Assembly: GCA_977018835.1 (NCBI GenBank)
Contig: OZ361256.1
Coordinates: 2,356,001-2,420,000, forward strand
Reading direction: 5' to 3'
DNA from: Minutocellus sp. GHC0000111
Lineage: Eukaryota
DNA: 64,000 bases
Shown one piece after another: positions 12,919 to 22,931 of this stretch. Within the stretch, counting starts at the first letter, position 1. Every line of letters starts with the position of its first letter. The position numbers and the translations under genes were made by a program. The notes below the pieces were generated by a model. That model saw only the letters and a list, made by a program, of their open reading frames with translations. It made no database searches and was not told where the DNA came from.

Positions 12919-13896
12919 CTACTCAGTCCGACGAGAGTCAGTATCAGGATATTTGTATCCAACTGCCCTAATAAACTGATTGTCTAAGTCGCAGCCGGGG
13001 TACATCCTCGACAGCATCTCCATAATCGTGGTATCCAGATAAAAAGTGTCTAAGGGCTCATCATAACGAATTTCAAGAGTATGACTACGCAAAGCCTCCC
13101 AGACAAAATAGTCAGGATCTTTGATGGCGCCGTACATCCCCTGCCTACCCCCCTCGCCCACAGTCTCTTTTGTATTCTCCTGAAGGACACTTAAATAGAC
13201 ATCCCGGAAAAGCTTAGACCGCAGGAAATCAGACAACCGACTCCCAATGCTGCTTATCTCTTCCTTGACATCAGCGCCGTCTTTGATGTACACAAACCCA
13301 GCCATGACACGAGTCTCGTAGCGACTACCCTTGTAAACGCGGGTCAGAGGAATATTTGGCCCCTGGGCAACCTCTCGCATCGAATACTCACGAAGATTTG
13401 TGAAGAACTCAGGCCACCCCATCCCAGGAATCATAGCACGAACACTATGAATAGCATCGATGAGATGGGAAGACTTAATACACCAGCAGTCCTGATTGAG
13501 AATCAGTCTCTGAAATCGGATAGTCACGACAACAGCACGCTGGAGGTAACCTTCCCCACTGGCCATCGGGCAAACCGACACTCTCAAGGTGTAACCATCA
13601 GCTGCTTTAACAACGGATTCAACAGTTGCCCGGATAGCCTCAGGCTTCACGCCAAAGGCATCAAATACACCCAATCCTCCCTGTTTCTTATCAGCCAACC
13701 CGCTCTCCAAATCAACCGCCCCTTTCCCATTGGCCGATTTGGCACAGGGAGCCAAACCGCGGTCCACGCCGCCATTATCCTTTTTGACCTTCTTGCTTTC
13801 TCTCTCGTCTCCGGAAGACGGATCAACACCCGGGATGCCATTATTCGTTACGGCATCCGATTTGCCTCGGCTCTTATCAAATCGCTTGGATTTCAT
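12919..13896 (-). CDS. Hypothetical protein
   Basis: 325-codon ATG-initiated ORF with a globular-looking C-terminal two thirds; family not recognised. Confidence 0.6.
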   Translation of the reverse strand: MKSKRFDKSRGKSDAVTNNGIPGVDPSSGDERESKKVKKDNGGVDRGLAPCAKSANGKGAVDLESGLADKKQGGLGVFDAFGVKPEAIRATVESVVKAADGYTLRVSVCPMASGEGYLQRAVVVTIRFQRLILNQDCWCIKSSHLIDAIHSVRAMIPGMGWPEFFTNLREYSMREVAQGPNIPLTRVYKGSRYETRVMAGFVYIKDGADVKEEISSIGSRLSDFLRSKLFRDVYLSVLQENTKETVGEGGRQGMYGAIKDPDYFVWEALRSHTLEIRYDEPLDTFYLDTTIMEMLSRMYPGCDLDNQFIRAVGYKYPDTDSRRTE

Positions 13897-14116
13897 GATT
13901 ATAGTCGTATGTCCACCGAACTTAATATTATGACTACATAAATCCCACCCCCCACACCTCTCTCCCTAAGCGGTGATGCACGACCCCGGGCTAGACCGGC
14001 ACCTCGATTCAATGTACCTAGCTAGTCTGATTGCGGAGCCTAACGCCATAAAAAAAACAAGCGGGATACTCGTATAGCAATCACAACCAAAACCCAACAA
14101 ACACACCTCCAACAAA

Positions 14117-15750
14117 ATGGACATGTACCTCCCTCAGTGCGTTCATCTATGTATTGCGTCTTATATAAGCAGCCCAGCTGATCTCTACCATTACACCCGA
14201 TATTTGTATAACGCAAGACGCTGCACGACCCCTCAACAAGATGGATTCTGCGGATCTGTGCTGCATCTCCGGTCAGATGCAACAAACCCTCGAAGACAAT
14301 ATTGCGATAATCGCAATGCATGGAGATGGATACGCTCGCTGAGACCAGAGCTCGGAAACAGAACAAAACAAGCCATCTGTAGAAGGCTCGAATTCATGGG
14401 TCTCGGTTTTCTCCCCCAGGCTCTTATCGAATGGAATGATCTCGACGGTAATGAGAACCCTGAATCACCCGCCGGGGCAAATGTATATCTTGCTGGGTCG
14501 GTACCACTGTGTGCCGTGACAGAAATGTCCCTTGAGCAGGTAAGCGACGCAGATCTATACGTAAGAAGTAAGAGCTTCAAGAAAGTAAAAGCTGTGTTGC
14601 AAAAGGAGGGCTTCATTCTCCAATACAAATCAACCGGCGCACATTACACAAACCTGCTAAAGTGGTGGGTATACAGGTATATCCGCCCTCCGGTAACTCC
14701 GATAATAACAGAGACCGTCAAGCCAGAATTGACGTAATCAAGCTCGATAAAACCAGCCTAGATGTCAATGAGCGTATAAGAGATCACCAACTAGCATCGA
14801 GCTTCGACATGTCAGGATGTGCGGTTGCCTTTGATGGTAAGACAACCGTTGTACCAGCCCCCGAACAAACATTTGCGCGCAGACTGAAACTTCGTCAACC
14901 TTTTCCGTATATTTTTCGAAAACTACTGGTTATGCCACACCGATACGACCCAATCCGATGTGAGGAGCTAATCAGCCTCTGTTTACCCCCACCCTTACTC
15001 GAACGTAGAACCAACAACCAACCCAAACGACCATTCCGTAACGAAGAAAATCGGGCGATCTACGTCACCTTGGCCCTATTACACGTCAGGAAAGTGTTGG
15101 AACGGATTTTCAAATACGAGCAAAGAGGTTTTACAATCTCCAAATGTCATGCATACCACGCTCTTGTGCTGCTAGATATCTCCACCAGGATAATTGAGTT
15201 CCGGCGGAGCAACATTTTCCGACGGCACGCATGTACGATCCAAAGAACAGCGTTCACGAGGCAAATACGCGAAGACTCCCGCTTCCTCCGCTCTACTGCT
15301 ATAGATCTCGTTGCGATAATGCGCCTCGATGGACACCAACGGAGAGCACACGAGTTCAACTTACTCCATGATGGGTCCACTGGATCAGAAGCCACTACTG
15401 CCAACCGGCTACATCGCTTTTATGTCCTCATTCGATCGTTATCCCGCCTTAGAAGATATCTCGAATCAATCGAGAAAGCCGATCTTCTCCCTCCGAGATT
15501 AGTTAGATGGCATCGTCTGGAGTTCATACAAAGTCTCGATCACTTGCCACCGTCAGTCAAAAAAGAGATGAAAGGGCAAATTGACTGGCGATGGACGTCA
15601 TCTGATCTAAATGCAAGTGACTGGCCGCCAAACCAACAACACCAGAACCGCCATTTAAAACGAATGCTGGCCGAGCTGGGACCGATAATGGGCGACGAAA
15701 GAGGAAATGTGTCGGATCACACGAGATCAAAGAGGCAACGAAACAATTGA
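14117..15750 (+). pseudogene. Pol-beta superfamily nucleotidyltransferase-like protein, one frameshift
   Basis: YLAGS...SDADLYV (hG[GS]...DxD) lies in ORF 14117-14737. The third acidic motif RIDVI, plus FDMSGCAVAFDG and RIFKYEQRGF, lie in ORF 14662-15750. The frame changes at about 14680-14730. Confidence 0.65.
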
Positions 15751-16278
15751 ATTGTGGCACGTGAATTTAAGGCGCGTTAGTTACAACAGATAATCATCGA
15801 CTAATTGCCGCCCTTCGATGCATCCAGACCCAGCCAGCAGGGAAAGATACGTTGTACATGTAACATCCGGTATCGTGTATATCATGCAAATCCCAAAAAG
15901 GTAGACAACGAAAAAGTCCAAATTGACCTGAGCAACAACCGCCAACCTCAGGAGTCGATCGATCAGGCACTCCACGACCCTAGTATTCGTAAAAATAGAA
16001 GAGTAAAAAGTTGAAAACATACTCAATACTTAACCAGACCTGCAGACTATACGGCAGCTAGCTAGATAGGCCCCTCTAGCTAGTCACACATGTATAGGGC
16101 AGCAGCAAATAAATTGGCTACTGCGTAGCGTACGTACAGCTACATACCTAGCTCTAGTCTAGGTACGGCGACGGCACACCACATAAATCAATAAACCGAG
16201 ATATAAAATTGCTATGTTGGATGTCTTCATTTATCCCCCACCAACCACCAATACAGCCATACCACCATTCTGCCTGTC

Positions 16279-17793
16279 ATGATCTCAACACGTCGCGACT
16301 TCAGACGCAACCCTTCATGCCTTTATCCGAACAAATACCCAATAAATGAGATATGGTTCGGCGGTCCTCTCTATGATTTCAAAAACTTCACACTCCCTGA
16401 AGAGATTTTCGGAAGCGATGACCCGGCGTCGGAGCTATGCTACTGGCATGAGATCTGCCCGCTCTATTACGAATGCAATTCCGTCTGGCGTGATTTCCAT
16501 TGGCCATGCAATGACAAAGACCGCCAATTCTGCATTGCATTCCGCAATAGCTTTCTTGATGCTAATCCCAGCCTCTCTATCCGAGATCTATGTACCCATA
16601 GAGCACCTATGTGTGACGTCGAACCCGACGTTTTGAAATGCTTACAGAAACTACCAGTTGTTAATTATCCTTGGGATCCTGCATACGCCACTCCAATGTT
16701 GGCCATGGCGCATCTGACATACGTACCACTACGCCACGTTGCTCGCCATCCGCGATATCAAAAGGTGTCTCAAGAGCAAATTACAAACACCGTTCGTCCT
16801 TTTGAACCTTTCGAACAGTTACCAGACCTTCTTCGCATCGTCCATAGCCGGTCTCATTACGCGATGGACAAATACCGTGAAGAGATTCTCTGCTTCCCCT
16901 TGCCGCACATGACATCGGAAGAGACACAAGAACGCCATCGCTATCTTTCCGATCTGTACGAAGCAGCGTTGACTCACTTGTACGATAATCCACGTTGGAG
17001 AGCGTGGGCGTCTCAATTCCCAAGAGAACTCGCATGGCGCAAGCCTTCATCTGCATTCCCGGCTCGTCTCCTGTCCCCGTCTATTCCAGCACAGTATCGA
17101 GTGACGCTCCGATATCACAAGTGTGAGACCCAGAAGGAGAAGGTCACAAACAAAACAACCAACCCCGAAGATAGCATCACCTCCAACAACCACCTGTACT
17201 ATCTCGATGGTGCTAAGCGCTGGTATGAAAAACCCCAGCCCAGCAAAAAATACGTCATGTATGCCGGGGAGCCATTTGGCCCTATATTTTGTGACTTCTT
17301 ACAAAGCATATCAGGTGACGCAGACGTCGGCCCCGACATTGACCCAAATAAACCAGACGACTATCTGTATCTTCTATCTACACCCGACGACGATATTGGG
17401 CTAGCCCGAGAAGCATTATCGACATTACGGACCTTCGGGTATGAGCTTCGCTGGCCGTTACTTGGACCCCAAGACAATCCTCTCAACCGGACTCTGCCCC
17501 GAGTACAAGGCGGGCCAAAATGTCCGTATCCACCGAACCAGCACGATGGTGGACCTCCTGTAACCCCATTCTCAACTCGTATAACTTCAATCGACGCACC
17601 GGATACGATCATCAGACGCGGAACTTCCCCTGCCATCCCTCACGAGTTTACTGTCATCGTGATTAAACGAATCGAAGCCGACGTCATTGCTCTCATGTTT
17701 ACTCATTGTCCCATGCGGATTCTCGACGTAAAAAGTCTTACCGGGTCTACATCAGAATCAGACCCAGCCCAGCAAATAGCCACTCAGCTCTAA
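16279..17793 (+). CDS. Hypothetical protein
   Basis: 504-codon ATG-initiated ORF, rich in Pro/Trp/Tyr; no recognised domain. Confidence 0.6.
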   Translation: MISTRRDFRRNPSCLYPNKYPINEIWFGGPLYDFKNFTLPEEIFGSDDPASELCYWHEICPLYYECNSVWRDFHWPCNDKDRQFCIAFRNSFLDANPSLSIRDLCTHRAPMCDVEPDVLKCLQKLPVVNYPWDPAYATPMLAMAHLTYVPLRHVARHPRYQKVSQEQITNTVRPFEPFEQLPDLLRIVHSRSHYAMDKYREEILCFPLPHMTSEETQERHRYLSDLYEAALTHLYDNPRWRAWASQFPRELAWRKPSSAFPARLLSPSIPAQYRVTLRYHKCETQKEKVTNKTTNPEDSITSNNHLYYLDGAKRWYEKPQPSKKYVMYAGEPFGPIFCDFLQSISGDADVGPDIDPNKPDDYLYLLSTPDDDIGLAREALSTLRTFGYELRWPLLGPQDNPLNRTLPRVQGGPKCPYPPNQHDGGPPVTPFSTRITSIDAPDTIIRRGTSPAIPHEFTVIVIKRIEADVIALMFTHCPMRILDVKSLTGSTSESDPAQQIATQL

Positions 17794-18165
17794 CCGCCCC
17801 CCTATTCCCATAGGCGTTTAAGTCCCGACAAAACGAGCCAAATTATATACTATCTATATGTAACTCTATAATAATTAAGCATCACACAGCGCATCTTTCC
17901 CACATTGTCCCGTCACATCCTGGTGAATCCACCGAACCTACATCCACCTCGCTTGTGCGAGTCACCTGCCTTGTAACACGTACTAGCATGCGTATGAACG
18001 ACACCACGGCGAATGAGGCTATTGAAACCACTCTATTCTAACTTAACTTCTACTTCTTTCTCGCTGCAAACATCACTGTTTTTTTCCCTCTGGCATCTTG
18101 ATTTTCTTTACATCTGGCATGATACAGCATTTTATGTTCATAGAGTGCCTCAGCCACGATTCTAT

Positions 18166-21100
18166 CTATCGCCTGAACAAGTCTCGGTGACCTTGCACAT
18201 ATGAAATCACCTCTGTTGGATCCCAACTATCCCCCGTCACACCATACCCGCTGACGTAGGCGTCTACGAACGGAGATGGCCGCAAAGATGTGATGTAATC
18301 GAACGACCTCAGTCCAGCCGATCCAGGACCAAGTAATCTAATGCCATCGCGTTCTCTTACTCTGCTCATTGCAACAAGGATAGATGTATGTCCCATCTGG
18401 CAGGCCGAAACTGGTCTCTCACAAAGGGCAATAATAATCTTCTCGATTGTCCGTCCTTCTAATAAATTAACAATGAAGCACATCGATTAGACCAAATATC
18501 ATTCAATGAAAGTTAAAAAGTTGAAGCCCCCCTGGCAACTCACCTGCTTTGTGAATCGTTACCGCAAACCCCAACTCACAACGAATGCGATCCCGGACCT
18601 GAACCTTCGACGGAGGATACCCCGCATCGCGATCCCCGCGAACCGCGCGACTGTGCCACTCAGAAAAACGTGGTTGGCAGGTGATAGGTACTATTACCCG
18701 AGACGCAAGCCCAGTCTGTCTATCACGCTCCGAGACACGAGGCAATCCACCCCCATTCCCTCCAACAGAACGTATAACCCGTTCAAACTCCCGCACGCAA
18801 CAGTGACCGCCAAGTGGAACCTCAACGTTCACTGATCTCGGAGGGGTAATAGTCAAGACGGTCCCAGGAGGGCTGCTAGCCACTTGCTGTCTTACTATCG
18901 CATCCTCCTCAGGCGAGCTCATAGAGACGGAATGATAAACAACAGACGAGCCGTTTGCCAAATTGAATCTGGCGATGATTAAAAATCAAAGAGGGAGGAA
19001 AAGAACGCAACATCAGAATAAATTATTAGAAAATATCAAAGACATACGTACAACATGCACATGACATAGGCGAACTGCAAAATAAAATACAAAAACTGTG
19101 AGAACTCACGAAGGACAAAAATTAGCAGTTATGAACCCAGGCGCCCCAGCAACAAAATACTCGAAAAAGCTCGGATCGTCGAGCGCGCGGGCCCGTCACT
19201 ATCGAGAGGTCTGCCCCTCCACTGCTTCATATCCAAACGCCATCGCAGCACACAGGTCCCTCGTAGCCTGGCAAACGAAACAGCCCGGGAATGCACAAGC
19301 GCCAGCCTCTCTTGATTAGTGGATACCAAAACCGGAGCGGACAACCAGTCAAGATTACGATCAAGGTCGGCAGGCTGTAACACCTTATAACGCATTAAAT
19401 CCCTAACTCTGATTGCCTCGCCGCGCCACATCCGCATCACGAATTCTGTATGGTCAAGGTCCGTAGACCGATGTTGTGTGGTAAGAGGCATCCAAACAAA
19501 AGCCTTGATCAAAGCAAGCCCTCGCCTCATCGAGGACACAGGGCTATACCTATTTCTCAGCACCGCCCAAGTTCTTCTCGTAAATAGCGAGTTGTTGCCT
19601 TCAGTAGTGGCATCGTACACCGCCATCTCCACTGCCCCTTGGCAGATCGAGATGGCTTTGACCGGAGGAAGTTGCCTGAGATCCCCAAACTTAAAGAAAA
19701 CGACATCACGAATAAGCAAATAGATACAGCGAATGAGACGAAGATAACTCAAAAGGGAAACACTACATGCACTTACCAGCAAGATAGATACACCACCGAA
19801 AGGTGCATCCAGACTTGTAGCTTGTCTCAGCCTAGAGTCAATCACTGAAATCAGCTGGGGAGTCAACATTGACATCTCATCCACCAACAAACAACACATG
19901 CTATCAACACAAATACTATCTCTAAATTCCTGGAGGCGGGCCGAGCTCAACGGACGAATCCGAATTTTACATGCACGGCAGTCCTCCTCTCCGTCGTCTG
20001 CTTTCTCGGCAAAAGGAATCTGAAATAAAGAACAAAGCGTCTGTCCTCCAATATGGGATGCAGCTACACCGGAATAGGCTGTCGACACAAGGGCTCCAAA
20101 CCCACATATGTTACACATGCGCTTAATCAACTGCACCAAATATGACTTGCCAGTGCCCGGTCCCCCCGTGACAAGAAGACACGTTGGGTGTGCTGTCGCA
20201 CCGCCACCAGTGTTCCCAACAAATCTAGAATGCAAGAAGCGTAAAACCGCCAACTGATCTCGCGGCGGTTCTCGTCCTCCTTCCAGGATAAAATCTCTAA
20301 TAAACTCTCCAAAACTCCCATTGTTCACTCTCTGATTGGTCATGGTCAACGGCAAGCCTCGTACTCTGTGTGCACCCGAAGTCAACTGCTCAGTCAATGC
20401 CTCCGCTGCTCCATCAGGCAGCGTCGTCACCAGCGATGCAGTGGTCCTGGACCCGGCGCTATTCTGACAGGAAAGTCGAGAGACATCATCGATCTGATGA
20501 GATTGATGATGCACATAGTCGCACATTTTCCATGCATTACGAATTTGAGCAGAAGTTAGATTCTCCTCCTCCCATCGTAATAGATAACCCTTGAGCATCT
20601 CGGAGAACGACGCACCATCGTCTCTAGCAGCGCCTCGGGTAGACCTCCATTTTGTTCTATGTCGAGCACGATAATTGGACAAAGCATCCCTCATCACACT
20701 TGTACACGAATCACGATAAATAGTTCTCATGATAGAAGCATATCGAAATCGGCCAAGAGCATCACTACCCCGCCGAAGATCAGCTATATAAGAAAGGAAA
20801 GCCTGCCAGTCATAACAAAGGCTTACACTCGTCCTAGACCCGGGTCTAAAACACACAAGGTAATAGCGGGCAAAACTATCAGCACGAATAATCCAAGAAT
20901 CTGCGTCCTTGTCAGCTGCGCTAGGCCTTGGTCCCGGCAACATAGGAGCTCTCCCATACATTATCGGCGTACGCTGCTTCGAGCGGATTATTTGCTCATG
21001 CGACTCAAACAAAGGGCAGTCCCGATCAAACTCAAAACGGCGGGTGTATGGCCGTCCCGCTCCCTCGTGACACCTCTTCTTACTCTTGCGTCTGACATCA

Positions 21101-22687
21101 ATCAGAGATGCATATTCGATTCTACTTAAATCCGCCAACGCAAACCCCCTATACTGATATTGCCATGACTGGGTGACCAAAACAGACCGTCCGTCACGTC
21201 CGGTCACTATGTCCCCTGGGCCAAACTGGTCTACCGACACAAAAGGCAGTGGATCCACGTCCATGCCTTCCGCCAGATCAGCGTGACTCGGCAGATCATC
21301 CATACGCTCCCCGGAACCAAGGAAATCTACGAATCTGATGGCTGCATCCCCCCTGAATGGTACAAAGGATTCTGACGTAACGGCTACCTTAAAACCCAAC
21401 AAAGCCGATGCAGCCTGGACATCACTAACCTCCATGATGACGTTGAGCTTATTCAGAAGCCGAGTCAAGAAATGCTGCACAGTTCGACTAATGCTCTCCT
21501 CTGCGGTCTCATCAGCACGATGAAATAAACTAGGGTAGCGTATTACATCTGAAAAAGATTGATGGGCCACGCTAAGATCGTGCACCAGCTGCCTCTTGTT
21601 CTTATTCAGATACGGCACGAGGTACAGGCTCGCCAACCGGGATTCTGTTGAACCACCTAGAGGGACTACGGCAGAATGGCATCGTATTGCAGCCGTGAGC
21701 ACTGGATTGTACGGCACCACCCACTCATTTCGAGTAGGCAACCTCGTCCTAACCCGGTCATACAGCGCTAAAAGGCGATCCGGACTTAAGGCCCTCAATT
21801 GCGCCAACTGAGTAAATGTAAGAGACATTCCAGAGGACTCCATAAGCTCCTGTACACACAAATGCGGATTCGCCTTAAAGTCAAGAGTGGGTGGTAAATC
21901 CCGCTGCAATCGCCGCTTCAACTCCCATCGGATCAGCCTTCTCTCAGGAGGTGCCAACGGCCAATATAGTTCACTGCCTGCACAAGGCGCCTCCACATCT
22001 GACACTGGAGTAACAGATGCATCGTTCCCAGTCACAAGTTGAAACGGTTTCGTGCCGCATTGTTGTTCCCATGGCGCATCAAATCTACAACCGTCTTCAC
22101 CATGTCTGCCTTTGTGACAGGTGTCGCGGTGACGGTGTATGCCATTGCAACAAATGCACTCCTCCACATCTCCTCGAAAGCCGGCAGCATCATACAAAGG
22201 AGATCGCGCTACACCCAACGCGGGCCACACACACCCAGACTCGTCTGCTAGGCCTTCCAGCCTAGCTTCGCTTCTTACCAAATCCCGCACATGCATCCAC
22301 CTAGGTAACTCGGCAACGTACATCTTGTCCATCGCATCTGCCAAAACGCTGCGAGCCGTCGAATGATGAGCGCCACCTTCTAGCATGCGGGCAGTCAGAC
22401 CACCCCACAACAAAGCGTGAAAATGAAGAGAGCCGCGCCCCTGGGCCTCTACAACCCCAAAACACGCTCTACACCGACCAAATGCACCTTTAGGGCGCTC
22501 ACCGAAGTAGGTGGTCTTTCTATCGCAGCCCCTATCACTCGTCAAATATGAAAAATCAGTACAACCAACAAGGGCGCTCACAATGTCGCCTATCAGATCA
22601 CAAAAACCAACTGCCGCGGCAACGGGGTTCCGCTGGGCCGACCGCACACGACAGGCATGGGAACAGTCAATAGTAACAAGACCGCCC
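18166..22687 (-). pseudogene. Helitron RepHel transposase (HUH Rep + PIF1 helicase), 5'-truncated, 3 introns, 1 frameshift
   Basis: Rep motifs: NPVAAA, FGVVEAQGRGSLHFHALLW (HUH), HRHRDTCHK...CRF, YLVPYLNK (Y2). PIF1 motifs: TGGPGTGKS, AYSGVAA..IGGQT, VDEMSM, PFGG..FGDLRQLPPV, LTTQHR, LANGS, FAVTIHKAEGRTI, VAMSRVR. Introns at 19690-19776, 18969-19109 and 18459-18543. Frameshift near 19190. The frame stays open up to the LTR at 22688. Confidence 0.93.
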
Positions 22688-22883
22688 TGCTAAGAGGTCC
22701 TAAAGCTAAGCTAGATAGATATAGCTAGTAGAGGTTAATAGGACCTACGTAGATGAAAAATGGGCCATCGGAGATGTCGTTGGCCCATGGATCAACGGTC
22801 AGGAGAGGGCACTGAGTCAGTGGTCTGATCACCGTACGTACCGTACGTATGTATACGTACGTACGTATCCCACGGTGTCAACA
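22688..22883 (-). repeat. 3' LTR (196 bp)
   Basis: TGCTAAGAGG...GTGTCAACA; direct repeat of 28688-28885 with 6 substitutions and one 2-bp indel. Confidence 0.97.
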
Positions 22884-22894
22884 CACCCTCGCAG
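22884..22894 (-). promoter_or_regulatory. Polypurine-tract-like plus-strand primer site (CTGCGAGGGTG)
   Basis: Immediately precedes the 3' LTR on the element's sense strand. Confidence 0.75.
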
Positions 22895-22931
22895 ATCAAT
22901 GACTAGTGCCATTGAATCTACATGTAGAGTC

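Larger units (their letters stand above)
725..22687 (-). mobile_element. Putative large cargo-carrying Helitron-like element (left boundary undefined)
   Basis: RepHel plus a contiguous block of orphan/accessory genes, with no housekeeping genes. No convincing terminus found. Confidence 0.4.

Noticed and set aside
14692..14710. 19-nt GT-AG mini-intron to fix the nucleotidyltransferase frameshift
   Set aside because: Removing it does not restore the downstream frame, and it is far shorter than the other introns here.
17948..17986. Hairpin CTCGC-TTGT-GCGAG followed by CTAG as a Helitron 3' end
   Set aside because: Wrong orientation relative to RepHel, only a 5-bp stem, and CTAG is not followed by T.
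725..22687. Endogenous giant virus or Polinton
   Set aside because: No capsid, PolB, packaging ATPase or other viral core gene recognised, and the genes have spliceosomal introns. Cannot be excluded beyond the window edge.
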